From an uncultured bacterium (GTDB taxonomy: Bacteria > Patescibacteriota > Minisyncoccia > UBA6257 > 2-01-FULL-56-20), in NCBI GenBank assembly GCA_963718515.1, contig OY970354.1, positions 502,808 to 566,807 of the forward strand: a DNA stretch of 64,000 nt. The letters run 5' to 3'. Every line of letters starts with the position of its first letter. Position 1 is the stretch's first letter. The notes under the pieces were generated by a model. It saw nothing but the letters and a program-made list of their open reading frames with translations, searched no databases and was not told where the DNA came from. The translations under genes were made by a program, and so were the position numbers. Below are positions 20,702-31,044 of the stretch, piece by piece.

Positions 20702-22174
20702 ATGAAAATTTCCCTTGCGCAAAAACCGGGCAAAAAAGATGGTTTTATTTTCTTTTTATTCGATAAAGAAGATATCACGAAGAAATTACTGTTTACCTTC
20801 CTTAATAAAACAGAACGGTCTTATCTTCAAAAGATCCGTGCAACCGCTCCATTAAAAGACCAAGAAGTAAAAATAGTCACCCTGCCGGATTCGATGCGAA
20901 AGATAATTCTTATCGGGATGGGAACGGTAGCGGAGTTTGTTCCCCGAAAAGCGGCTCTCGGAATAAGAATTGCAGCACAGACTGCGCGAAGCGAAAAAAT
21001 ACCAGCCCTGGCTGTTTCCGCTCCTCTCATGGCCGATCCGAGAAATACCATAGATTTCTATGAGCTCATTGCTACAAACGCAATCATGGCGAATTTCGAA
21101 TTCATACAATATAAGACCGCGCCGCCCGAAGGCTTCTTTTTTATTAAAGAGATTACGTGCGTTGCGTTGCGCCCCGACCCGAATATTAAAGAAGGCCTAC
21201 GCCGGGGCATGATCATCGGCGAAGAGACGAATGAGTGTCGCAGGTTATCCAACACGCCTGGGGGCGACATGACCCCGGCGACGCTCGCGGCGCATGCATT
21301 AAAAGTTGCTAAAAAGAACGGTATCAGCGCAACCATTCTTGATGAAAAAAATATGAAAGCGCTTAAGATGGGCGGTGTTCTAGGAGTTGGAAAAGGATCA
21401 GACTCGCCGCCGCGTTTTATTATTCTTGAGTATATGAAAGGGCCGAAAAGTCAGAAACCGGTGGTGCTCGCTGGTAAAGGTGTTACCTTTGATACGGGCG
21501 GCCTTAATTTAAAACCGAGTGAGCACATTTATGAGATGCACATGGATATGTCGGGCGGCGCGGCGGTGATCCACACGATCGTAGCGGCGGCGCGGTTGAA
21601 ACTAAAGAAAAATATTATAGCCCTCGTGCCCGCGGTGGAAAACATGCCTTCTGGATCAAGTTACCGCCCCGGCGATCTGCTTCGCACTATGAATGGAAAA
21701 ACGATCGAGGTACTGAACACCGACGCCGAAGGTCGTGTAATATTGGCGGATGCGCTTGAATATGCAAAAAAATATGACCCGGGGCTCGTGATCGACGTGG
21801 CGACACTGACCGGAGCCGCCATAACGGCACTCGGACTATTCTATTCCGCACTATTCGCAACGGATAAAAAATTGGAAGAGCGCTTTCGTGCGATCGGAGA
21901 GGCAGTGGATGATCGCGTATGGCCGTTGCCGCTTTCCACGGACTATGAAGATGGCATTAAGGGCACGTTCGGAGATTGGGCAAATACCGGGAAAAACGGC
22001 GAGGGCGGTGGCGCCAGTAATGGTGCGGTCTTCCTTTGGCAGTTCATAAAAGGCTATCCATGGATACACTTGGACATCGCACCCCGCATGACGACGGTCA
22101 AACAGGATTTCCTGGCAAAAGGCGCTACTGGCGCTCCCGTGCGCCTGCTCGTACGATTCCTATCCCAAGAATAA
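20702..22174 (+). CDS. pepA: leucyl aminopeptidase (M17)
   Basis: 490 aa. Motifs VLAGKGVTFDTGG, MDMSGGAAV, NTDAEGRVILADAL. Confidence 0.85.
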   Translation: MKISLAQKPGKKDGFIFFLFDKEDITKKLLFTFLNKTERSYLQKIRATAPLKDQEVKIVTLPDSMRKIILIGMGTVAEFVPRKAALGIRIAAQTARSEKIPALAVSAPLMADPRNTIDFYELIATNAIMANFEFIQYKTAPPEGFFFIKEITCVALRPDPNIKEGLRRGMIIGEETNECRRLSNTPGGDMTPATLAAHALKVAKKNGISATILDEKNMKALKMGGVLGVGKGSDSPPRFIILEYMKGPKSQKPVVLAGKGVTFDTGGLNLKPSEHIYEMHMDMSGGAAVIHTIVAAARLKLKKNIIALVPAVENMPSGSSYRPGDLLRTMNGKTIEVLNTDAEGRVILADALEYAKKYDPGLVIDVATLTGAAITALGLFYSALFATDKKLEERFRAIGEAVDDRVWPLPLSTDYEDGIKGTFGDWANTGKNGEGGGASNGAVFLWQFIKGYPWIHLDIAPRMTTVKQDFLAKGATGAPVRLLVRFLSQE

Positions 22175-22192
22175 GCGCGATATAATAAGGCT

Positions 22193-23371
22193 ATGATCCA
22201 ACGTGGCATAGCTTCCTTCGGACTTGATTCAGGCCACTGCCCGCCGTGGCTTTTTGAGCGCATGGTAAAGCTCGGACGCGAAATGATGTACGTGCTCGTG
22301 GCCGAATATGGCCCGGAGGAATTCATAAAACGCATCGCGGACCCGGTATGGTTCCAATCACTCGGCACTGTTTTGGCGTTCGATTGGAATGCCTCAGGCC
22401 TAACCACCATTTTAACGGCGGCATTAAAAGAAGCGATCCGTGGCCATGAAGCGGATTTTGGCATTGTGATCGCTGGTGGAAAAGGAAAGACATCGCGCAA
22501 AACGCCGGACGAAATATTGGCGTGGGGTGAGCGGCTGTCATTGCCCGTTGCGCAGGCGAACAACCTTGTTTATAACTCCAAGATGAGTGCAAAAGTGGAT
22601 AGCGCGCTTGTGCAGGATGGGTTCCAGCTTTATCATCACGCGTTCTTTTTTTCGCGCGGCGGCGCGTGGGCCGTCGTCCAGCAGGGGATGAACACCGAAA
22701 AAGCATCCGCGCGGCGCTATCACTGGTATTCAGAAAATGTGAATGACTTGGTCTCCGAACCGCACTCCGGCATTTCATCGCCGGTCACGCTAAAAACCGT
22801 TCTCGATCTGAGCGCACAGAAAAGCGACAAGACCCGTGAGATCTCGACCGAGCTCACGCAAGCAGGCTATGCGACGCTCATGAAAGACATCACATTGCTC
22901 CGCAAATATTCTTCAGAGCTTTCACAAATGGCGAAGATACAGATCGGTGGCGACGGCAGAAACAGTCAGCAACTTACCTTGCTCAATTTAGAGTCCGTGG
23001 AATTCACCCATCACCCCGTCGTTTTTGAAGATTTCTCTAAAAGCAAATATCTGGAAAAGATATTGGCCAAGGTGACCGACCGGAAACCGAAAAACTATGA
23101 ACAACTGGTGGCGATCGAGGGTGTTGGCGCAAAGACGGTCCGTGCGCTCGCGCTCGTTGGTGAGGTTATCTACGGCGCATCGCCATCCTATGAGGACCCT
23201 GCGCGTTACAGCTTTGCCCACGGTGGCAAAGATGCCACGCCCTATCCGGTGGATCGCACCACGTACGACGAGACGATCATGATGCTCGGCCGCGCGGTGA
23301 GGAAGACAAGGCTACCGACGGTGGATAAGGAAAAAGCGCTCAGCCGACTAAACGACACGCATATGGTATAA
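22193..23371 (+). CDS. DUF763 domain protein
   Basis: 392 aa. The N-terminus CPPWLFERMVKLGREMMYVLVAEYGPEEF...LAFDWNASGLTT matches my memory of DUF763. The function is unknown. Confidence 0.55.
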   Translation: MIQRGIASFGLDSGHCPPWLFERMVKLGREMMYVLVAEYGPEEFIKRIADPVWFQSLGTVLAFDWNASGLTTILTAALKEAIRGHEADFGIVIAGGKGKTSRKTPDEILAWGERLSLPVAQANNLVYNSKMSAKVDSALVQDGFQLYHHAFFFSRGGAWAVVQQGMNTEKASARRYHWYSENVNDLVSEPHSGISSPVTLKTVLDLSAQKSDKTREISTELTQAGYATLMKDITLLRKYSSELSQMAKIQIGGDGRNSQQLTLLNLESVEFTHHPVVFEDFSKSKYLEKILAKVTDRKPKNYEQLVAIEGVGAKTVRALALVGEVIYGASPSYEDPARYSFAHGGKDATPYPVDRTTYDETIMMLGRAVRKTRLPTVDKEKALSRLNDTHMV

Positions 23372-23380
23372 TCCGCATAT

Positions 23381-23656
23381 ATGAACACACTCGTCCATGC
23401 GGACATATTTTTCTTTGTGACGACGATCGCCGTCGTGATCGTTTCGATAGCGCTTACGGTTGCGCTCATTTACCTTGCAAAAGTATTAAGCGATATCAAA
23501 GATATCACCAAGCAAGTAAAAGAAGAAACGGTTTTGTTTCGAGAAGACATCAAAGGATTGCGGGGTGATATTAAAAAAGAAGGATTCCGGGTAGAACGTT
23601 TCATCATGTTCATCCGTAATCTTTTCAAGAAAACCAGCACAAGGTCGAAGAAATAA
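23381..23656 (+). CDS. hypothetical small membrane protein (DUF948-like)
   Basis: 91 aa. One TM helix followed by a charged coiled segment. Confidence 0.4.
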   Translation: MNTLVHADIFFFVTTIAVVIVSIALTVALIYLAKVLSDIKDITKQVKEETVLFREDIKGLRGDIKKEGFRVERFIMFIRNLFKKTSTRSKK

Positions 23657-23678
23657 TTATTGAATAATCATTATCATT

Positions 23679-24071
23679 ATGGCAACAAAAAAGAAGATCA
23701 CAAAAAGGGGGAGTAGCACAAAGGCGTGGGAAATCGGTGGCGCAGTGACTGCCGCCGCCATCGCCGCCGCGGCAGGAGCATACTTGCTGTCGGATAAAAA
23801 GACCAAAGCGAAAACCAAGAAATGGGTTCACGATGCAAAGAAAAAAATCGTAGAACACGCCAAAACCGCAAAAAAGCTCGGTGAAAAAGAATATGGCCGC
23901 ATCGTTGAGCAGGCCATCAAGCACTATGGCTCGATGGAAAAATTGAGCGCGGCGGATCTTATAAAAGCGGGCAAGGAGCTAAAAGGTGAGTGGAAAAAGA
24001 TCCAAGCCGAAGCAAAGAAAGCCAGACATTCCATACGGAAGATTGCGCACAAGAAAAAAGCCCGCCAATAA
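23679..24071 (+). CDS. hypothetical lysine-rich protein (YtxH-like)
   Basis: 130 aa. An A-rich hydrophobic segment followed by a K/E-rich helix. Confidence 0.4.
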   Translation: MATKKKITKRGSSTKAWEIGGAVTAAAIAAAAGAYLLSDKKTKAKTKKWVHDAKKKIVEHAKTAKKLGEKEYGRIVEQAIKHYGSMEKLSAADLIKAGKELKGEWKKIQAEAKKARHSIRKIAHKKKARQ

Positions 24072-24105
24072 AACCCCCGCTCCACAACCGTAGTAGAAAA
24101 TATCT

Positions 24106-24150
24106 TATATTGTTTGTCGAACTATCATCCCCAGGGAGGCAAACAATATA
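24106..24150 (+). repeat. conserved-loop hairpin, copy C
   Basis: A 13-bp stem TATATTGTTTGTC/GGCAAACAATATA (one G-U) encloses the loop GAACTATCATCCCCAGGGA. It lies between convergent gene ends. Confidence 0.55.
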
Positions 24151-24161
24151 GGATATTTTAT

Positions 24162-25409
24162 TTATTCGTACCGGAGGGCATCGATCGGACTCTTTTTCGC
24201 CGCCTGGCGCGCAGGATAGATGCCGAAGGCAATGCCGGTAACGCTCGAGACCGCGACTGCGAGCAGAATCGCGGACAATGGAAATTCGAACGACCACGCG
24301 ACGGCGAGCGCCTTTGCGATGATTAAGTACGCCAGGCCGACCACAAGGCCGCCGATCGCGATGCCGATCACGCCGCCGATGAAAGTGAGCATTACCGATT
24401 CCACAAGAAATTGCTGGAGAATATCATTGTTCGTGGCACCGACTGCCTTGCGCAGGCCGATCTCTTTTGTGCGTTCGATCACCGAAACCAACATGATGTT
24501 CATGATGCCGATGCCGCCGACGATGAGTGAAATCGACGCGATTGCGGCGAGGAATAACGTCAAGATAGAGGTAATGTTGCCGAGCAATGAAAGCACATCC
24601 TGTTGGGTTTCAATGGTAAAATCATCCTTGTTTGGATCGGTGATCCCATGGTCCTGTTCCAAAATGGATTCCACACGCGCCTGCGCAAACGTGATGTTGT
24701 AGCTGCTGTTTGCCTGCACCATGATGTCGCTAAAATAATTGATACCGAGCATCTGCGTTTGCGCAACAGTGATGGGAACCATCACAAGATCATCCTGGTC
24801 AATGCCGAACGCGCCGGTGCCTTTTGCTGCAAGCACGCCGACCACTTTGAATTGTATGTTCTTTACCTCTATATATTGCCCGAGGGGATCCGATCCAGCC
24901 CCAAAGAGCGTATTGGCAAGGTCGGAACCGATCACCGCAACGTGATTATACGCTTGCACATCATCATCGGTGAATGGATATCCCTGTGCTACCACAAAGT
25001 TGCGTACACTAAAGAAATTAGCCGGTACGCCATCAAAGGTGATGGATTCACTGTTATCACCGAACGCCGCGTCAGCTTGTCCGCGCGCCTCCTCCGTGAC
25101 CGCCGCCACCGACGGGTCGCGCGAGAGCGCGTCCACATCCTGTTGGACCAAGCTTGTCACGATGATGCCCTGCGCCGCGGCAGGGGATGAGAATCTGCCA
25201 TTGCCCGATCCTCCGGGAATAATAATAATCAAATTCGATCCCAACCCTTGTACCTGGTTCAAAATATACGCCTGCGCAGAGGCGCCGATGGACATCAGAA
25301 TGATCACGGACGAGATGCCGATGACGATGCCAAGCATCGTCAAAAGCGACCGCATCTTGCCATGCTTCAGTGTCGCCTGTGACGACTTGATGAGATCGTT
25401 AATACGCAT
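24162..25409 (-). CDS. ABC transporter permease, MacB/FtsX family
   Basis: 415 aa. An N-terminal TM, a large extracytoplasmic domain and a C-terminal FtsX-type 3-TM bundle (RTKEIGLRKAVGAT). Confidence 0.85.
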   Translation of the reverse strand: MRINDLIKSSQATLKHGKMRSLLTMLGIVIGISSVIILMSIGASAQAYILNQVQGLGSNLIIIIPGGSGNGRFSSPAAAQGIIVTSLVQQDVDALSRDPSVAAVTEEARGQADAAFGDNSESITFDGVPANFFSVRNFVVAQGYPFTDDDVQAYNHVAVIGSDLANTLFGAGSDPLGQYIEVKNIQFKVVGVLAAKGTGAFGIDQDDLVMVPITVAQTQMLGINYFSDIMVQANSSYNITFAQARVESILEQDHGITDPNKDDFTIETQQDVLSLLGNITSILTLFLAAIASISLIVGGIGIMNIMLVSVIERTKEIGLRKAVGATNNDILQQFLVESVMLTFIGGVIGIAIGGLVVGLAYLIIAKALAVAWSFEFPLSAILLAVAVSSVTGIAFGIYPARQAAKKSPIDALRYE

Positions 25410-25424
25410 ACGCGAAGATATAAT

Positions 25425-26135
25425 TTATTTGGTAAATTGTTCTTTTGAATGGCGTGGATTTTTTACCGGCGTGTCGCTCTCGATGACGCCGTCCCGCAAA
25501 CGGATGATGCGATCAGCAAATTCCGCGGTGGCCGTCTCGTGCGTAACGAGTATCACGGTATGCCCTTCGTGATTCAACCCGTCGAGAATATCCATCACCT
25601 GAGCACCGGAAACAGAATCAAGATTTCCCGTCGGCTCGTCGGCAAAGATGATATCCGGATCGTTCACGAGGGCGCGCGCGATCGCGATGCGCTGTTTTTG
25701 TCCGCCGGACAATTTTGCCGTCTCGACGTGCAGTTTATCCGTGAGGCCCACGGAACGCACCGCGTCTTCGATCAGTTTTTTACGCGACGCCGGAGCCACG
25801 TTGGAATAGATGAGCGGTATCTCCACGTTTTCATATACCGTTAGGCGCGTAAGAAGATTGAACGATTGGAACACGAATCCCAGGCTTTTATTACGGACGT
25901 GCGCGAGTTCGACATCCGACATCTCATCGATATTTTTACCGTTGAACGTATACGTACCGCCCGTCGAGCGGTCGAGGAAGCTCAATATCTGCACAAGCGT
26001 CGACTTGCCTGAACCGGACGGCCCCATGATCGAAACAAAATCACCTTTTTTGATGGTGAAGGAAACGCCCCGAAGCGCGGAAGTCACTTCGCCTTCGTCG
26101 GTATAATCCTTTTTAAGGTCTTTAACGACGATCAT
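25425..26135 (-). CDS. ABC transporter ATP-binding protein (MacB/LolD-like)
   Basis: Walker [10 protein letters not shown], signature LSGGQKQR, Walker B IIFADEPT. Confidence 0.9.
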   Translation of the reverse strand: MIVVKDLKKDYTDEGEVTSALRGVSFTIKKGDFVSIMGPSGSGKSTLVQILSFLDRSTGGTYTFNGKNIDEMSDVELAHVRNKSLGFVFQSFNLLTRLTVYENVEIPLIYSNVAPASRKKLIEDAVRSVGLTDKLHVETAKLSGGQKQRIAIARALVNDPDIIFADEPTGNLDSVSGAQVMDILDGLNHEGHTVILVTHETATAEFADRIIRLRDGVIESDTPVKNPRHSKEQFTK

Positions 26136-26140
26136 TCAAA

Positions 26141-27703
26141 TCAATCTTTAAGGCCGACATTTACGACCTGCTCGCCATCGGTCACGCCCGAAGTAACTTC
26201 CACATTCCCGTTCTGGTCGCGGATACCGAGTACGACGGGAACCTGCGTTTCTGTGCCATTATTGACCACCTCTACAAATGTACCCGTTGCATTCTGTATG
26301 ATCGCAAATTGTGGAAGGATCAAGGCGTTCTGGTCCGTCTGCGAGTTGATGTTGAGATTTGCGGTAAGGCCGCTCTTAATGCGTGGATCGGCGGTATCGA
26401 AGGAAACTTTCACGAGATAATCAACGACGCCGGACTCGATCGTTTGGGCGGGATCGATATAGAATACTTTTCCGGTGAAGGTTTCTCCGGGGAAGGCATC
26501 GAACGTCATATCCACAACATTCCCAATAGAAACTTTGCCGATATCCGTTTCCGGAACGTACGCATCAACCTCAAAATCGTCAGCGGAAATGATCGATGTT
26601 ATCGTTTGTCCCGCGGTGGCGAGCTGGCCGACCTTCGCATTCTGTACCGTGACGATGCCAGCGATGGGGGAAACGAGAGATGCGTCTGCGATATTCACCT
26701 GAATGCTTTGCACGTTCGCCTGCGCCGACGCAACCTGCGCCTGCTGTGCGGCGATCGCCTGCGCGGTGGAACCCGCGAGCGTCTCATTTAATTGCGCTTG
26801 TGCTTGCGCGACCGCCGCGCCCTCAGAAGCGATATTCTGCTGAAGCGTGTTGAGGTCGCTCGCGGCGGTATCCACTTCTGTCACGGCACTCGCGATATCG
26901 GTCTTATAGGCACTCGCCGTCGCGGGAGTCAGATTATTTGCATCAACGATCGCCGTCGCGTCGGTCGTAAACATTATCTCGATCACGGAAAGATGTTCCG
27001 TCGAGGAAGCGAGTGATTGCAAAAGCGTTGAGGTAGGAGATGTCGGTGAAAGAAGCGCTAATTCGTTCTGCCAATTATCCAGTTCCTCTGTGACCTGTTC
27101 ACGTTCGGAGTTGGCATTATTAAGAATTTGGGAGTCGTTGACGGTGAAGGTGAGTTGTGGGGCATTCGAGTCGGGTTCGCTATAAAATGCCGATATCTGA
27201 TTGCGAACCGCATCGTTCGCTTTTGCGTATGCGCTCGTCACGGCATCATCGATGCTCGCGTAACTGTTCGCCAGTGTCTGCTCGGCGCTCGTGACCGCCG
27301 CCTGCGAGACTTGGACCGCCTGTGGCGTCGGCCCCGCCTGGAGATTCTCGAGCGTCGCCTGCGCCGCATCGACGCTTGCCTGCGCCTGTGCAAGTTGTGC
27401 CTGCAAGCCGCTCGTATCGAGGCTCACCAGCGCATCGCCGGCATTCACACTATCTCCGGCATTCTTATATACCGCGGCGACAGTGCCGCCGGTCTCAAAC
27501 GAAAGATCGAGGCTCTGCACCGGTGTGGTATTGCCGGTCACACTCACCACTTCGGTGATCGTGCCCTGCGTGACGGTGACAAATTGATACTTGCCGCCAG
27601 CGCTATGCGATATCAAAAAATAAATCCCTCCGACTACCACGACTAAAAGAACGACCGCGCCGATCGTTTTCTTTCTTCCGAATTTTGTTATTATTCTCCC
27701 CAT
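26141..27703 (-). CDS. efflux periplasmic adaptor (HlyD/MacA family)
   Basis: 520 aa. An N-terminal TM anchor, a long A/Q-rich coiled coil and a C-terminal beta-barrel segment (DAYVPETDIGKVSIGN). Confidence 0.75.
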   Translation of the reverse strand: MGRIITKFGRKKTIGAVVLLVVVVGGIYFLISHSAGGKYQFVTVTQGTITEVVSVTGNTTPVQSLDLSFETGGTVAAVYKNAGDSVNAGDALVSLDTSGLQAQLAQAQASVDAAQATLENLQAGPTPQAVQVSQAAVTSAEQTLANSYASIDDAVTSAYAKANDAVRNQISAFYSEPDSNAPQLTFTVNDSQILNNANSEREQVTEELDNWQNELALLSPTSPTSTLLQSLASSTEHLSVIEIMFTTDATAIVDANNLTPATASAYKTDIASAVTEVDTAASDLNTLQQNIASEGAAVAQAQAQLNETLAGSTAQAIAAQQAQVASAQANVQSIQVNIADASLVSPIAGIVTVQNAKVGQLATAGQTITSIISADDFEVDAYVPETDIGKVSIGNVVDMTFDAFPGETFTGKVFYIDPAQTIESGVVDYLVKVSFDTADPRIKSGLTANLNINSQTDQNALILPQFAIIQNATGTFVEVVNNGTETQVPVVLGIRDQNGNVEVTSGVTDGEQVVNVGLKD

Positions 27704-27828
27704 ATGGTGTAGTATACCATAGAAGCCGCAGAGACCTATCTCTTATTGCCGCCATAATAGCACTTATCCACAGGGTTAGTTAAGTGAATTAACAGTTATG
27801 GTTTATAATTAAAGTACGTTCACGATCC

Positions 27829-28629
27829 ATGGAAAACATCATTGAGGTAGATCACCTCGTCAAAAAATTCGGGGATTTCACCGCGGTTGAAGATATATCG
27901 TTTCACGTCAAAAAAGGCGAAATCTTCGCTTTTTTGGGGCCGAATGGGGCAGGGAAGTCCACCACGATCAAGATGCTGACCACCATCCTTAACCCCACGG
28001 GCGGGAGCATCGTGCTGAATGGGCACAACGCGGCAAAGGATGCCGATGACGTGCGGCATTCCTTCGGCATCGTCTTTCAGGATCCCAGCCTGGACGACGA
28101 CCTTACCGCGCTCGAGAACATGAACCTCCACGGCGTGCTCTACGGCGTGCCGAGCAAGGTTCGCAAAGAGCGGATAGAGCAATTACTTAATTTTGTGGAA
28201 CTCTGGGACCGTCGCAACAGCCAGGTGAAAGATTTCTCCGGCGGCATGAAACGCCGTCTCGAGATCGCGCGCGGATTGTTGCATCATCCAGCCGTATTGT
28301 TCTTGGATGAACCAACACTCGGCCTTGACCCGCAGACACGCAACCACATGTGGAGCTATCTCCAGGAGCTCAACAAGACCGAAGGTATCACGGTGTTCTT
28401 CACCACCCATTATATGGAAGAGGCTGAGCGCATCGCCCAGCGGATCGCGATCATTGATCACGGGAAGATCATCGCGTCCGGCACCGCCGATGAATTAAAG
28501 AAAAAAACAGAGACCAATTCCCTGGAAGACGCATTCCTAAAATTGACCGGTACGGTGATCCGCGATGAAGATGTGAGCTCGACCGATCGTTTGCGCTTAC
28601 AAAGTAAAATGTGGCGCGGGCGGAGATAA
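27829..28629 (+). CDS. ABC transporter ATP-binding protein (DrrA/ABC-2 type)
   Basis: Walker A GPNGAGKST, signature FSGGMKRR, Walker B LFLDEPT. Confidence 0.9.
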   Translation: MENIIEVDHLVKKFGDFTAVEDISFHVKKGEIFAFLGPNGAGKSTTIKMLTTILNPTGGSIVLNGHNAAKDADDVRHSFGIVFQDPSLDDDLTALENMNLHGVLYGVPSKVRKERIEQLLNFVELWDRRNSQVKDFSGGMKRRLEIARGLLHHPAVLFLDEPTLGLDPQTRNHMWSYLQELNKTEGITVFFTTHYMEEAERIAQRIAIIDHGKIIASGTADELKKKTETNSLEDAFLKLTGTVIRDEDVSSTDRLRLQSKMWRGRR

Positions 28630-28641
28630 CATCAAAATTCC

Positions 28642-29388
28642 ATGAAAACGATCTATATATTATGGCTCCGCGAGATCAAGCGCTATTTGCGGTCGCGGTC
28701 GCGCATCATCGGTTCGCTCGGACAGCCGATCCTGTTCCTGCTTGCGCTCGGATATGGCCTTGGCTCGGTGTTTGCAAAAGCGGGGGAGGGGAATTATTTC
28801 CAATTCCTTGCGCCGGGCATCATCGGCATGAGCATCATCTTTACGGCGATATTCTCGGGCGTCCAGATAATCTGGGACCGGCAGTTCGGATTTCTTAAGG
28901 AGACGCTTGTCGCGCCCGTGAACCGTCTCAATATCATGATCGGCCGCACGCTCGGCGGAGCGACCGTTGCCACCATGCAGGGCCTCCTCGTGCTTATCCT
29001 CGTGACAATCTTCGGGTTCCGCCCTTACAACTGGGCGCTTGTGCCAGTCGCGATTCTCTTTATGCTGCTTGTCGCGCTCCTCTTCGCCGCGCTCGGCGCG
29101 ATGATCGGATCTCTGCTTGACGACATGCAGGGATTCCAGCTCATCATGAACTTCCTCGTAATGCCACTTTTCTTCCTCTCCGGCGCACTTTTTCCACTGA
29201 ACGGATTGCCTGCGATCCTTAGCGGCATCGTCAAGTTCGATCCACTTTCGTATGGCGTTGATTCATTTCGCATCCTGCTCGTGAACTCCGGCAGTTTTGG
29301 CCTCGGCGTCGACTTTACCGTCCTCGCCGTCGTCACCGCCATTTTCCTTGGCTTTGGCAGCTATTTTTTCTCGAAGATACAGGTATAG
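28642..29388 (+). CDS. ABC-2 type transporter permease
   Basis: 248 aa with 6 predicted TM helices, directly downstream of the ATPase. Confidence 0.8.
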   Translation: MKTIYILWLREIKRYLRSRSRIIGSLGQPILFLLALGYGLGSVFAKAGEGNYFQFLAPGIIGMSIIFTAIFSGVQIIWDRQFGFLKETLVAPVNRLNIMIGRTLGGATVATMQGLLVLILVTIFGFRPYNWALVPVAILFMLLVALLFAALGAMIGSLLDDMQGFQLIMNFLVMPLFFLSGALFPLNGLPAILSGIVKFDPLSYGVDSFRILLVNSGSFGLGVDFTVLAVVTAIFLGFGSYFFSKIQV

Positions 29389-29410
29389 TGGTTTGTTGTA
29401 GTATTAGAGA

Positions 29411-30310
29411 ATGTCGGAAATAACATCCCTCACCATCGGAACCAGAGGAAGCAAGCTTGCGCTTGCCCAAACCCAATTGGTTGCGGAAGCCTTGAAGCAA
29501 AAACATCCCGGGATCGAGATAAAAACGAAAGTTATCGTGACGAAGGGAGACGTCAATCAATCCCCAATACCTCTCGATACCATAGGGAAAAATTGGTTCA
29601 CTGCCGAAATAGAAGATGCCCTTCTAAGGGGTGAGATTGACATTGCGGTCCATAGCATGAAAGATCTGCCGCCGGATATTTCGAGAGATCTCATTACGCT
29701 CCCGGTGCTCGAACGCGCCGACGCGCGCGACGTTCTCATTACAAGATCAGGGGCTTCGCTGAAAGACCTTCCGCATGGCGCCGTCATTGGCACCGACAGC
29801 ATCCGGCGGAAAATATTACTCCTCGAACAAAGGCCCGATCTTGTGGTAAAGAGCATCCGGGGAAATGTCGACACCCGGCTACAAAAATTACGCGATGAAC
29901 CATATGATGCGATCATGCTCGCCGCCGCCGGATTGCAACGCCTTGGGATGGCGGACCGTATTACTGAATTTTTAGATCCATCGAAATTTATCCCCGCCAT
30001 CAGCCAGGGAATATTGGCCGCACAAACAACGGACCGGGGCGACGCGAGCGGTGTATTGGCGATGCTCAGGCGTATTCAACATATGCCCACGCAGGTGGCC
30101 GCCGAAGTCGAACAGCTATTTTCACAGACGGTCGGCGGCGGCTGTAAAGTTCCTATAGGATGCTATGCGCGAATTGCCGATGATCTTATCCACATCGATG
30201 CCTTTATCCAAGACGCCGATGGGGAAGTGATAAAAAGGAAATCGAAAGTTGACGAGATTACCTCTGCGCCAACCATCGGCGAGGTACTGGCACGGGAATT
30301 GTTGGCATGA
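29411..30310 (+). CDS. hemC: hydroxymethylbilane synthase
   Basis: Motifs IGTRGSKLALAQT, AVHSMKDLP, RGNVDTRL and the cofactor cysteine in GGGCKVPIG. Confidence 0.9.
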   Translation: MSEITSLTIGTRGSKLALAQTQLVAEALKQKHPGIEIKTKVIVTKGDVNQSPIPLDTIGKNWFTAEIEDALLRGEIDIAVHSMKDLPPDISRDLITLPVLERADARDVLITRSGASLKDLPHGAVIGTDSIRRKILLLEQRPDLVVKSIRGNVDTRLQKLRDEPYDAIMLAAAGLQRLGMADRITEFLDPSKFIPAISQGILAAQTTDRGDASGVLAMLRRIQHMPTQVAAEVEQLFSQTVGGGCKVPIGCYARIADDLIHIDAFIQDADGEVIKRKSKVDEITSAPTIGEVLARELLA

Positions 30311-31044
30311 AACGGATAGTGCTGACGCGAAGTGCCTCGGGAAATCGTGCTTGGAAAGATTATTTTGTGGCTCGGGGATTCTATGTGTATTTATTTCCGA
30401 CGATCGAAATGATCCCCGTGAAGCCGAGTGCCAAGGTGATCGATGTGTTAAAAAACATCGATGCTTTTGATTGGGTGATCATCACGAGCATCGAAGCCTT
30501 GCGCGCCGCGCAAACCATCGCGAAACAATCGGACATCAACTTGTCGGCACATCATATAAGGTCGCTCGGGGTACTGGGGAAAGAAACCGCGGTCGCCGCG
30601 CGTGCCATGGGGTATCGCGTCGCTTTCCGGCCCCCCAGGCCGATGAGTGAGACCCTAGCCCAAGAACTTCCCCTGGCCAAGAAGTCTTCGGTACTATTCT
30701 TACGAAGCACGATTGCTTCGCGGACGATCCCAAATGTCCTTACCAAACGAGGCGCGAAAGTGACCGATCTCGCTGTGTATCGAACGGTATCCGTTGGCAC
30801 TTCCGATCTTCGTTTCGAGCGGTTATTAAAAGAAGGGGCTATTCACTATCTCACCTTTGCAAGCCCTTCGGCAGTGCAAGGTTTTTTTAAACGCATCGAC
30901 GGGAAAATATCTAAAAAAGCACTCGCTATTCCGGTCGTTGCAATCGGGCCCACCGTGGCCAAAACTCTCAAAAAATGGGGCTTTAAAGATATTCATGTTG
31001 CGAACGATCCCAACCCCAAGAGTATGGCAGAAGCCATGGTATAA
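30307..31044 (+). CDS. hemD: uroporphyrinogen-III synthase
   Basis: 245 aa with a HemD-like two-lobe pattern. Its start overlaps the hemC stop (ATGA), and its position within a heme operon supports the call. Confidence 0.7.
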   Translation: MKRIVLTRSASGNRAWKDYFVARGFYVYLFPTIEMIPVKPSAKVIDVLKNIDAFDWVIITSIEALRAAQTIAKQSDINLSAHHIRSLGVLGKETAVAARAMGYRVAFRPPRPMSETLAQELPLAKKSSVLFLRSTIASRTIPNVLTKRGAKVTDLAVYRTVSVGTSDLRFERLLKEGAIHYLTFASPSAVQGFFKRIDGKISKKALAIPVVAIGPTVAKTLKKWGFKDIHVANDPNPKSMAEAMV

